DNA of 17,611 nucleotides from Trichoplax adhaerens (Eukaryota; Animalia; Placozoa), in NCBI RefSeq assembly GCF_000150275.1, contig NW_002060988.1, positions 10,021 to 27,631 of the forward strand. Direction: 5' to 3'. Of this stretch, positions 1 to 11,900 are shown piece by piece. Each line of letters starts with the position of its first letter. The first letter of the stretch is position 1. The translations under genes were made by a program, and so were the position numbers. The notes under the pieces are model-generated. The model did not search any database, was not told the origin of the DNA, and worked only from the letters and a program-made list of their open reading frames with translations.

Positions 1-504
1 GTGCCTTAGACTGCTCAATTCAGCATAGAGTTGCAAGGCCGCACTGTGTGTATAGTTTATTAAGTCAGCTCAGACGCAAGACAATTAAGGTAGTCGTAGA
101 GGTTGAAAGAGAAAATGCTAAAGTGAAAAAGCCTTGTGCCATAGGCTGCTCAATTCAGCATAGAGTTGCAAGGTCGCACTATACAGTATGCATCGTGTAC
201 AGTAAGTCTGCTCAGATGCAAGATAGCTAAGGTAGTCGTAGGGATTGAAAGAGAAAAAGCCTTGTGCCTTAGTCTGCTCAATTCAGCATGGAGTTGCAAA
301 GGCCGCACTGTACAGTATGCATAGTGTAAGTTTGCTCAGATGCAAGACAACTAAGGTAGTCGTAGGGATTGAAAGAGAAAATGCTAAAGTGGAAAAAGGC
401 TTGTGCCCTAGACTGCTCAATAATAAGCACGGAGTTGCAAGGCCTCACTGTATGTAATGTATAGTGTAAATCTGCTCAGATGCAAGACAGCTAAGGTAGT
501 CGTA
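1..504 (+). repeat. Tandem repeat array, about 3.7 diverged monomers of 128-139 bp
   Basis: The block gtgcc...ctgctcaattcagca...gagttgcaagg...ctcagatgcaagac...taaggtagtcgta recurs starting at 1, 136, 264 and 403. Confidence 0.93.
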
Positions 505-521
505 ATATACAGTCCATGTGT

Positions 522-605
522 ATTAGCCCTAACCATTTTGCATAAACTACTTTGTACTCTTCGTTTAAGCTGTCCTACTGTTATATTAGACATGCACTGA
601 CATAT
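522..605 (-). repeat. 84-bp inverted repeat arm 1 (putative right TIR of a repeat-carrying element)
   Basis: attagccctaaccattttgcat...ttcgtttaagctgtcctactg..atattagacatg.actgacatat is the reverse complement of 1253-1336 with a handful of substitutions. Confidence 0.88.
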
Positions 606-1036
606 TGTCACAAACCGGAATTGTTTGTGGCAAGGAAACGCAAGATAAAAGTCCTTAAGCAAACTTATGACTTAAACGCCCTTTTTTTATTTTACTTAAA
701 GACGACTTACGAACTGGAGATCTACAACAACTAGAGCCTTTTGCTCAGCGCACTCGATTTTATAAGGCTCGATGATAATCGAACATAACAATGACAAAAA
801 CAACTTGGATACCTCATTACACATGATTACGACTAAGAGATAGTATGAGATTATTCTATTAAGTCATAGTAATCATTATTACATATTACCGATACTGTCA
901 AACAATCCATTTAACAGAACATGGTCATATATCGACAATAATTAGTAAACAACAACATCAGGTTATCGTCAGTTCTACCATATTAGCTAAGATTACGTAA
1001 ATCTATTCAAATGGTGAGATAACACCGTAACACATA

Positions 1037-1253
1037 TCTAAAAAAAAATCAAGAAATCTCATGCGGCACAAATTCAATTTGTGTCCTTTCCTTATCCCCG
1101 TGCGAGAAATTAGTTGTGGGGGCATTTCCAGTACTTTCTCATACTATAACTAAACTGAGTCCCTAAATAATTTCCCGCACGGGCGATGATGCAGGACACA
1201 AATTTGATTTACGCCGCGCGAAATAGGACGATTTCTTGATTTTTATTTTTAGA
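1037..1253. mobile_element. Fold-back / MITE-like element with long imperfect inverted arms
   Basis: tctaaaa..aaatcaagaaatc...aatttgtgtcct...cccgtgcg.gaaatta pairs with taatttc.cgcacggg...aggacacaaatt...gatttcttgattttt..ttttaga. Flanked by TA at 1035-1036 and 1254-1255. No ORF. Confidence 0.7.
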
Positions 1254-1336
1254 TATGTCAGTACATGTCTAATATATCAGTAGGACAGCTTAAACGAAGT
1301 GTACAAAGTAATTGATGCAAAATGGTTAGGGCTAAT
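1253..1336 (+). repeat. 84-bp inverted repeat arm 2 (putative left TIR of a second element copy)
   Basis: Reverse complement of 522-605, immediately followed by tandem-repeat monomers. Confidence 0.88.
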
Positions 1337-1338
1337 GT

Positions 1339-1656
1339 GCACGACGATGCCAGACAGCTAATCAGTAGTCGTAGGGATTGAAAGAGAAAATGTTCAAGCC
1401 GAAAAGGCTTGTGCATCATGCTACTCAATTCAGCATGCAATTTCAAGGCCGCATTATATACAGCACATACTGTAACTCTGTTCTAGTGCTCACAGTTCCT
1501 GTACTGTAATAATGATTCATAAGTTGAGTTTTTTACAGTGTGCATGACGATGCAAGACAGCTAATGTAGTCGTAGGGATTGAAAGAGAAAATAGTGAAGT
1601 TGAAAAAGGCTTGTGCCGAAGACCGCCTAATTCAGTGTGCCATTCCAAGGCTGCAC
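1339..1656 (+). repeat. Two further diverged monomers of the same repeat family (~1339-1470 and ~1540-1656)
   Basis: Both share agacagctaa..gtagtcgtagggattgaaagagaaaat...aaaaggcttgtgc...aattcag...caaggc with the 1-504 array. Confidence 0.88.
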
Positions 1657-2129
1657 GGCAAAGCCAAACAACGCCAGTTATTCAGTACGGATTGTATTGA
1701 GCAAAATCTTAAAAACATTTTACTAAATCCATTCGACGTATTAAATGTGTAAAGTAATGTTGTTTGAGCTTTATTAACCCTTTAAGAAAGCCATTCAGGT
1801 TTTGCATTGATAATTATAATTCAAGACTCCACTTGATTCATGATATTACACTGCACGAGACGCTGGAAAGCAAGAACCGCTCTTTACATACCACTACCCA
1901 GAGCTAGAATACGGTTATATCTGCAAAATAGAGTTGAACTCTTTTTGTATGTGGACATGCATAATCACACACAAAGAGGATTAACATACGAGCAATGCAA
2001 GAATGTTTCTATTTGTGAAAATGATTGGAGAATGTCATGCTCATAGCGCAATATTCTCATCAGTTGGTGTACGCTACGTTCTGTTACATATCAGATCAGC
2101 ATCCGTATGTAAGAGCAGTGACTACTGTA

Positions 2130-2215
2130 TTTCCACCGTCTACTCCTCTCCCTCTTCTTTTCTTACACGAATCCCCGGAGATTAGTGTAAGAGAGACAGG
2201 AGTAGACGGTGGAAA
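2130..2215. other. Long hairpin / inverted repeat (18-bp perfect outer stem plus 13-bp inner stem)
   Basis: tttccaccgtctactcct (2130-2147) is the exact reverse complement of aggagtagacggtggaaa (2198-2215). tcttacacgaatc (2161-2173) pairs with gattagtgtaaga (2180-2192) with one mismatch. Confidence 0.85.
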
Positions 2216-3430
2216 AGGTGTAATATTTTTACTTGAGTTCTCCCTGAAAGAGTTAGAAGAATCAGTAACGGTAGATATTCACGTCAAAGCATCGCTGTTT
2301 GCTATTCTCGCCCTAGTTATCTGAGCGTTGCAAACCATTTGTACGCTAGAAATCGAACAAAGTGTATCAGAATAACACACCACCAGGAATGAGTTAAAGC
2401 GATGCAAGACAGAAATGATACTCACTTCAATCAAGACTTACTCTTTGGTGTATTCAGTCCACTTTACTATGCCAAACTAACGCTGATGCCATGAAATTAG
2501 TCTGCGTAGCATGGCGTCCCGTCTTGATGAGGGCAACGCCTGCAACGATGACCTTGCTAAAATTGGAAATACACCTCGGGATGCCGATAGGATTGTCTCT
2601 CGAGAATTCAACTATGGATGATACAATCACTTGGCTGGCTTGATGGAAATTAGAATAGCTGACGAGCCTTCCTTAGTAATAATAATGATATTACTGCAAT
2701 ACTATCCAAGATACTGAAGATAGAACAAATATTTGATTCCTTTCAAAAATACAATATGATTAATTAATTATAATTATTCTACTGTACAGTACAGTATATG
2801 CGTGTATTATCTAGATTAATCAGAGCGAGAATTTGGCAAGAATGGCGGCGACTGGGCTATCGTCTAATTTCACTACAGCATAATTAATTATTTTACAATT
2901 ATGATAGAAAATTTTCGCTGCAGTTCTAAATGGCTATCGTCCAATGGTTATGTACACACACATACTGACAGAGGTAAGACTGTAAGAGAATAGGAGTACG
3001 AGTAAATATTACAACTCTACGTTGAGCACTTTCCGCTGTTAAAAGTACCCTAACAATATACAGACAATATCGATACTTGGACAGTATAATAAATAATAAT
3101 ATTGTATCATTATTGGAGTTGAAAAGTCTGATAATTAAAATTGACAAAAGCGTACAGTCTGCACTCGCTTAGGCAAAGAGTTAATTCTCATGAAACAATA
3201 CGAAATGGAATAGAACTAATTGTATTGTAGCAGCATTTATTCTCTAGCCATATTATATTGACTTATTTAGTGTTGAAAGATAAACTGAAATCATCAGTCT
3301 TACGGTAAATGTCAACCAAAACTTTATAATTACGTTGCTACCCCTCTAGTTCATGACATGGATCGGCATTCTATCAAGCTATGCCCCAATAGTCACGCCA
3401 ATAATACTTCCAAAGAAACGCGTTTGCTGA

Positions 3431-4207
3431 AATAACTATTTCAAAGTCCGAAGAATTGAAAGTCTTTCTCAATCCTTCGTAGTCTATATATAAATGACGT
3501 TATCGTCTACTCATACCGTATCTCATAGAATGGCGTTTCGTGAAATGCATCTCCAACACATTGAATTTCTGATTCATCCAATCAGCCTTGACCAAATTGG
3601 CCGTAAGAATTTTTTAAATGGCACCGCTGTATTAAGCCGTTAACAAGTGGCACATTACTGCTCCATCTCTACGTGACTATTTCGTCCAATTGATCATAAA
3701 TAATGACGATTAGGACCTAGTGGAAGCTTTTGTTCAATCGGATATCTTTCTACAATCAATGAGACGAAAAGAACAATGATTTTCCACCTTGGCTTAGATT
3801 CATTAATCTATTCAATAACTATTTCAAAGTTCGAAGAATTGAAAGTCTTTCTCAATCATAGTCTATATTAATTAATGGAGTTATTGCATACTCATACAGT
3901 ATCTCATAGAATGGCGTTTTGTGGAATGCGTCTCCAACACATTCAATTTTCCATTCATCCAATTAGCCTTGACCAAATTGGCTGTAAGAATTTTTTAAAT
4001 GGCACCCCGCTTACTGTAGAATGAAGCCGTTAACAAACAAGTGGTACAGTGCTGCTCTATCTCTACGGGACTATATCGTCCAAATTGACAAGAAACAATA
4101 ACGACTAGGGCCTAGTCGAAGCTTTTGTTCAATCGGATATCTTTATACAATCAATGGAATGAAAAAACCAGGGTTTTCCATCTTGGCTTAGATTCATTAA
4201 TCTAGTC
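3431..4207 (+). repeat. Diverged tandem duplication, two units with ~383-bp offset
   Basis: aataactatttcaaagt.cgaagaattgaaagtctttctcaatc at 3431 and 3814. Collinear through cttggcttagattcattaatcta, with scattered substitutions and small indels. Confidence 0.93.
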
Positions 4208-4882
4208 GATAATGGAATTCACGCCGGGCGTTGTTGATGAAAACGAGATCGCAGCTAGAGGAATAAATAGAAGGGTATTCAATATAAGCCATCAAAGGTC
4301 ATCTCGACTACGGCGTGAAAATTGGTTTATTAAAATTAATGTCCCTCTACTTTTTTTCTCACTATTTTAACATACGAGATCAAGCTATCTAAGTTAGGGC
4401 GTTTTTAAAATAGTTCCACGTTAAAGGAAGCAGTCCAGCTGCCTCTATATCCGTCTAAAAGGTAGGTCAATCATGTCTGAAATATCTACATATTGAACTA
4501 GTTTGACTGTAAAATATAAAACAAACATGATTACTTAAATCCTATAGCCAAAAAGCTAAACTAGTTACTTGCTGTTTAAATTTACTTGATTTTCTTGTCA
4601 TGAAACACTGTAAATGGTAAACTGTAAAGCAAACATTGCACGAAAGAATACATTAACCTTTGGTGTTATCATAACGAACGATATCGTAAGATCATGATGC
4701 TGCTTTCTACCATAATTCAATGAACCCAAACAGTATTTTTCCATTTTTAAGTGACACCTATAGAAATAAGTTTAACTATATCAAGACATCATTAATGAAG
4801 TATTTTATAGTAAATTGACTAAATGATCTACTAATAAATAGTTCAATACAACGTTTATGCTAATATCGTTGCATTTTTTTAG

Positions 4883-4912
4883 TCATTGCTTGTGCTCATA
4901 ATACAGTAGTGT
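4883..4912 (+). other. Candidate 30-nt non-coding 5'-UTR micro-exon
   Basis: cattttttt-ag acceptor at 4881-4882 and consensus GTAAGT donor at 4913. The ATG-containing exon has its own acceptor at 5799, which implies upstream UTR exons. Confidence 0.4.
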
Positions 4913-5865
4913 GTAAGTCTATTTGTCTTTATTTTATGAAACTGTTAACTTGACGTACTTAGAAAGCTCTATTAAAGCTATCGTGAATTCGGTGATATCA
5001 TATAACTTACGAAATCAGTGGACACCGTCCTCTGCGGAGCTATTACAGTAATTAATTGTCACGGACTACTCTCCTTAACTGATTGAATGTGATAATAGAA
5101 GTAGGAATCAAATTAACAACGTTCGTTCAATTAGTTACTTTGTTAATACATGCAAGTTATATCAAAAATTACAAATTATGACGCACCATACAGTAAACCC
5201 TATAAAGCAACAAGTTAGTCAATTTAGGAGTGTTACTGATTCCTTACAAAGAGCTACCAAACATTTTCTAAGCTATCAAAGTAGTGTTTATAGTAATCTT
5301 GATGATTGTTGAATATTGCTGTAATCGAATGAAAAGTCTACTGCGATAGGTCATCCTTGATCAACAAATTATTCCTTTTACCGCATCATCATTTTAACTT
5401 TTCCAGATTCTTTCAATTGACCACAACCAATATCATATCATATTTAAAACGATATAATTCGATTAGAGCGAGTGTACTGTTATCATATTCTTATGCTTCT
5501 TGTAGCAATTTGACTGATTGGAAAACTTGCTTGTTTTACAATACATCACTAAGAAATAATAGGATTAGACAGACAGTGGTAGGGAATAAACTGTATTTGA
5601 CAATCTCAATTTTCTAGTCAGCTACATCTATTAGCTAAAGGTATTCATAAAGAGTAGCAATGCTTATAGTGGTGAATTTGAGTAAACAGTAGAATGATAT
5701 TAACTCATATCGTAGTCAATTCTAGCTTAAAACTTATTAGTAATTACTTGATATTAATCGATGCAATATCAATATTTATATTCATTCTTTCTCTTCTAGG
5801 CTTGTTTTAAAATTTCCACTTATAGAATCGATTGATTCAACTGCTGCTAAAATTATAACAACATC

Positions 5866-5926
5866 ATGAAGGTGCTAATAATAATAGCTATCCTTCTTTA
5901 TTCTATTGGTTTATCGTATCAAACAG
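5866..5926 (+). CDS. First coding exon: signal peptide MKVLIIIAILLYSIGLSYQT(D)
   Basis: ATG at 5866, then Lys, a hydrophobic core and small/polar residues. Donor CAG|GTTAGA at 5927 (phase 1). Upstream acceptor ttctttctcttctag|g at 5799/5800. Too short for the ORF track. Confidence 0.8.
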
Positions 5927-8900
5927 GTTAGATATATATCGGTCTAGAAGTATCCAAACAGGCCTAAGCATAATTGAATATTCAATAATCATGTAGTCAA
6001 AGTATTTTTATTATGGCTAATACTTTTTACTCAGCCCAATGAAATCTAATTTCTAAGTATGAACATGTGTACATACTTTCAGTACTATAATCTATGGTAA
6101 TTTTATTTTTGAATACAATAATCTTTAATCTATAATTGTGCCAGCTTGAAAAAATTGACATTACACTATTTGCATATCATTGCTTATCTAGTACTCCATT
6201 AGCAGTAATATAATCTACTAGTAAATATACACACGAGTAAAATGATATTATTTTAATTCAAAATGGAATTCTATATCAGTACATATCTAGTAATCCGTTA
6301 GCAGTAATAAATCTCTTAGTAAAATACATTAGCTCACAAGCATATTTGCCCCTAATTGAAAATAAAGTGTAAGCTTTATATTTGTAGAAATGTTTAAACA
6401 TTCCATTAAATTATTTAGGATGTTTTATCACTAAGGTGAGATTTGAGAAGTTAAAATACTTTACTGTATCGTATGAAATGAATATCAACCATCTACGTAT
6501 GGCTATCGGATGCTGTTTGACTGTTTATGGCAGGGTAGTTTTCATTAGCTGTAGATAAGAATTTCCATTTCAGATCTTAATCTACTACTAGTCAGAGTCT
6601 AATTAGCAAACCTAACTATCGATTTTATTACTATATAATATCATTTCTCTAGCTATCCCGAAATGCTAATTAGTAAGCAACGTTTCATGGTAAATGTACT
6701 AACCTATTATGTAAATAAAGAGGATGAGCTGCGCTAGATTAATTATTTGTCAATATAGTAGTGAATGAAAAGTGTGTTGTATGATTTCCTAATTAATCAT
6801 TGAATCTTCAGAAAAATAGAAAGATTTAGTATAATTGATGCATGATAAAACTATAACGATGCGAGAATGTTATTTGCAATACATCATGACAGGTTTTTTT
6901 TATTGCTTTCCTCTTAGATTCCGAAACGGCACATAGTATCGGAAGAGAATTTCATTTTGGATACTGTGATACTGTTCTAAGCGCTGTAATACCGTATGCT
7001 GTCATAACAGCTCTTAACAAATCTACTGGTATTAATATTACGAATAATCATGATATGACGTCAACTCTGTATAACATTTCATCATACAATTCATTGACTA
7101 TAACACTTGCAAGCAACTTAGAAAATACAGCATCAGGAGTAACTTGGAAGACCGTGTATATAACTTCAGATGAAGATATAACAGTTGCTTGTTATTATGG
7201 AGACACAACTGCACAAACTGCATACTCTATATTGCCAAGTCAATTTTATGGTAAAGAATATATTGTTGCCATGTATCGTCCTTTATTTTATGGACAGATA
7301 TTGATGATCAGTAACGATAACGATACACAAGTGGAGATTACTTTCTCACATAATACTGTCTATAACGGTCAAACTTATTCGCAAAATAGGAATCTGACAA
7401 TTACTTTACAACGCAATCAAGGATTTTATTTACAGATTAATCAAGATCTAACTGGAACAATTATCTACTCCAATAATAATATCGCAGTTCTAGCTGGCAA
7501 CAAGTGTTCTAGAATAAAGGCAGGAAATTGTGAACCAGTAGTACAACATTATATGCCAATTAAATTTTTAGGCAAGAATTACATCTTATCGACTTTAACA
7601 GGCGTAAAAGCCGGCAGTATATTTCGCGTTGTCGCCGCTTACAATAATACTAAAGTACGCTTAAACTTTACAATTGCAACTTATGAGTTATTACGAGGTG
7701 GATTCGCAGAATTTGAACTATCTGCGGATACTGATGCATTTCTAACGTGTGATTACCCATGTTTAGTAGTACAATTCGCTATTCAATCCTTCGGTAGTAC
7801 CGGAAATGATCCATTTATGAATATCGTACCAGCAATAGAACAATACAGTCGCAATCTCGTCGTATCTGTATCACCAACTATAGTAACAAACCTGAATTTC
7901 GATCGAAATTACGTCTTAATTACTATACAAGATAAGTATAAAGATGGATTAATGCTTAATGGAGCAGTAATAAAAGGCGTTGTGTGGCGACAAGTCACTA
8001 CAGATATTGTTAATAATACTTATTCTACAGCACCTATTCCGGTTTCGACTGGTACAACTAGATTTACTCATAAAGATAGTAGTGTAATGTATGGATCGAT
8101 TCAATATGGTCTAAGCGGTAATCTTAATGGTTACGCTTTCCTTGGTGGCTTACAAGTAACTACAATAATTTCTTGTAAGTAAACTAAACTTAATGAATGT
8201 TAGATAATTATAAATGATTGGGATATGGCTAATAATTTTGCAATGTCTTTAAGGCATTTTAGAAATTATATAACATCACGGTATCATAATCATTATAAGT
8301 TCGATATTGTTATTATAGCAATTTACATATGTTTCGTATACTAAATTATTTTAAAAATAAGATAAGTATGATTGAAGTAATCATTTAAGTATTTTCAAAA
8401 CTTAACAAGATGTTATTCTAATACATCGATGAATTAGTTTATACTGTACGTACATCTATACTTGCAATGTAATGTAATAATAGCTTTACTTCTGGCTACA
8501 ATCTGTGAAAAGGCGATATCTTGTATCATTTCTGTACTTTGGTTCTGCAGTTGTACTTACATGTTATAGACTATACAATCTATTCTAATAACTGGTTTAA
8601 TAATTATGCAATATCATATTTGTGATCGAAAAGATCTTGTTTTACTACCGTATAAGTACGTAGGTACATTACACATTAAGTAACAAATTATAAATCATAA
8701 TCATGAAATACAATGAACTTGTATAAATGTAATACATGTATACCAATTATTACTTCATGAATGAATTTTATTACTATCTACAACAGTTATAATATCAAAT
8801 AGAAATTAATATCATCTATCATTTTGAACCTAGATCATCCAAGAATAATACAACATCCGAAAAGTGTTAATATTATCTATGGAAAAACACTTACACTGCA

Positions 8901-11900
8901 ATGTAATGGAACTAGTAGTCCTATCGCTAACGTAACTTGGCTGAAAGATGGCAATCCACTGACAAGTTATGATGATATAAAGTTAATTGAGAACTTTTAC
9001 GTTTATAGTCGTCTGACTATATCAAATATAACTACACAAGATGAAGGATTATATCAATGTCGTTACGATAATATAATAGGATCAATCACTAGCGAAGTCG
9101 CCACTGTTGCGATTTACGGTAAGCACAGTACTTGTTGTAATTATTTCTTCAACAGAATTATAGGCATTATTTCAAAATGTCAGTAGTTACCACCGGTCAA
9201 GATATATTCGTAGTATTACAATTCTGTGTTGTAATCTATGTAATTTGGGATATGTTACAGATTGAGATTTGTAGCAAGAAAGGTTAAACTAACTAGGGTT
9301 TCACAATAAATTATCACCACTTCTTAGGAATATAAGTGAACACTTTATCAGTTCACTAACATAGCTTTAATATTCGTCTAAAAACTACACAACAGTAAAA
9401 CAGGTTAGAACGAGTCGTCCAATCGGAAGATGACAACTCATGCAAAGCGTTACAAACAGGACCTTACTTAACGCTAGTTTATCTCTTTAAATTACTTAAT
9501 ACGTATTAAGATCTCCCAAGAAGTTAAAGATCAATACTTACTGTGCACGTTATACAGCATAATAATTCATTAATACATCATGTGGTATAGCATAGCTGTA
9601 ATAGGGTATTGTTATATATCGATATCTTAGTCTCTGTAATTAAATTTAGTCAATTTACGCGAAATAGCCTTGTTACAGTTGACAAATTAAGATTCGTTTG
9701 ACTGATATCAGAATTATATACGAGTGCATATGTAGTGTACGGGTTGTTAGCCCTAGGTTCGTAATCCGTCAACTCAAAATTCTGAGTTGCTAAAATTGAG
9801 CAAATCTCTAATGTGACACAAAATAGTCAACACCGTATAATTAACTTATAACAGTTAAATTTATTAACGTCCGCGTCTTGTCCGTCGGAGAAGAATTCCA
9901 ATTTCTTCCTCTCATAATGACAGTCGAAAGTGGCTAAGATAAACCGGATAATCGACTTAGCCTCCACGATAACAATTCTGTACAGCTTATACAAATTATC
10001 ATCAATTGCTCCTCTACATAGGAGTCATCAATCACATTAGTACATTGCTTAATAACATTACTTAATATGGCTATCAGCTACGGCCTTATATAGCACATAC
10101 TAAATGTGTGCCGTTTCATCATACTAGCCATATCAACACTTACTTTATTAAGACATACAGTTCTACACTACATACTATCACTGTATTGCCTACTCAAAAC
10201 TGCTGTAATTAGCTAAAATCACTACAACATAACTCATATATTACAGTAGCATACCACGAATGAAATTTTATCAAAAAATGTACATCATGAAATGGCTGCA
10301 TTAATCGATGACTATCGCAGCTACTTAAGCAATATAAAGTTAAAAGTTAAGTATTCAGAATGGTGTATCTGATTACAGAATTATAACCCGCTCAAAATGT
10401 TTCCAATACAATATTAATTAACTTTAGTCGCTGTATTTACTTAAACAGTATAAAAAATTGTTAGGAATCAGAACGATAGACTTTAGTATGAATATTAGTG
10501 ATCGATCTTCTTAACTTAATTGGAACAGGTACTTTACTCGTATATACTGTACACATTAACTAATTTATTATATTATCACTTCATGTAACAGATACATTTC
10601 CTACGAATACTCACTTAGTAACAGACTTTATATTACAAATTACAGACATAACGGTAACTTTATCATTACACGAGCTCACACATGCGTATGTATTACAAAC
10701 AGCTAATTGGTACGGTTTAATAACATAAAAGTCACCGACTTATTAAACTTTTGAAAGTCTTGAAATTCCGACATATTATGTGTATAACTTTTCTACAAAA
10801 AATACTGCCTTTCTTCTTTATTTTAGTAGTACCTCGTCAAGTACAGTATGCGCCGTACAGTGGGGCCACTCATCTTTCTTTTATTACATTAGATCCCTCG
10901 CTCGTTACTGTACTGTTCTGTATACTTGGCATACCATACTGCACAGTAGCCCATTCCATCTATATACACAAAGTATTCCCAAACTTAGCTCAAGCTGTCC
11001 AACGAGTTCTTAAATAGATTTACCATAAATATATTAAATTAAATTTCCAATCTTGCTTTCGTGTAGTCTTAGTTTTACAAATAAAGTAAGATAGAGAAGA
11101 CCTATGGCTAGAGGCATAGCGCAGCGTAGGTTTACTAGCTGAGCTAGTGGCCTGATGTAATGTACAGTATCTCCTTTAATTTAAGGGTCTCTGGTGTACG
11201 ATACAGTTAAGGTACATTCACACAATGAACTTTTTACTGATCCAGCGTAGGTACAGCAGCTTAATGGACTACTAAAAGGTTTCTTTTAGTTGTCCATGAC
11301 CGTACAGGAGCGAAGCCAGTAGGCTAGATATTTTCAGTGCTATACTGTACATAGAAATCAAACTATTAAGATGTTAAATACAAAATTATTTACGCCAGTG
11401 GTCAAACACTTCGGGGGATGGGATAGTCGTAGAATATACTGTCAGGGACTTCTAAGAGATAGAAGTCCTTATAGCGTAGTATATTATAATACTATAATTT
11501 CAAAAAAATACGCCTTTCGCACTAAAGTTAGCGTTGCTACCAGTGAGATCGAGTATGAACTTTGGCTCGGATCACAGACCATCCAAAAACTAGTTCGTAC
11601 AGTACAGTACACTGATTGCTACAACTGTACTGTCATCCCCATCGTATAGATGTATAAAATATCAATGTTGTATTTTGTACTGTAGTATAAGCGAGATTAC
11701 TAGCAAACGTGGTGTTATTTTCAACTCCAACAAGTTATAACTCTAGTACTTATAAAATTATAAACTTTATCTGTAATAAATGATCTCTACTTTGTGCGTA
11801 TACATTTTCTATACCTACCCACTATATACTGTACCATGACTTTTACATTTTCTATGTATTTTTTAGGCCGATTTGCAGTTCGTTTTATTTTATACGCTAT

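Noticed and set aside
1-504. CRISPR-like array
   Set aside because: Whole ~135-bp monomers are homologous, there are no unique spacers or cas genes, and the context is eukaryotic.
48-734. Short ORFs 48-230, 245-457, 417-662(-) and 552-734
   Set aside because: They are translations of the tandem repeat and inverted arm. Monomer lengths shift frame and no protein motif is recognisable.
1840-2680. ORFs 1840-2046, 2003-2185, 2025-2324 and the GC-richer tract to ~2680 as a gene
   Set aside because: No recognisable domain or consistent splice structure. Part of the openness is explained by the palindrome. A decayed element cannot be excluded.
2838-2850. YY1-like aagaatggcggc promoter motif
   Set aside because: Single imperfect short match with no supporting transcript structure.
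3540-3990. Minus-strand QFGQG*LDE...CVGD in both duplicated units, resembling an SRCR domain fragment
   Set aside because: In-frame stop in both copies, spacing does not match the SRCR FGxGxGPIWLDxxxCxG motif, and no other SRCR cysteine pattern is present.
10751-11649. Intronic ORFs 10751-11017, 10780-11013 and 11371-11649 as extra exons or nested genes
   Set aside because: No domain signatures, low-complexity tactgtac/gtacagta-type motifs, and no matching phase-1 splice pairs.
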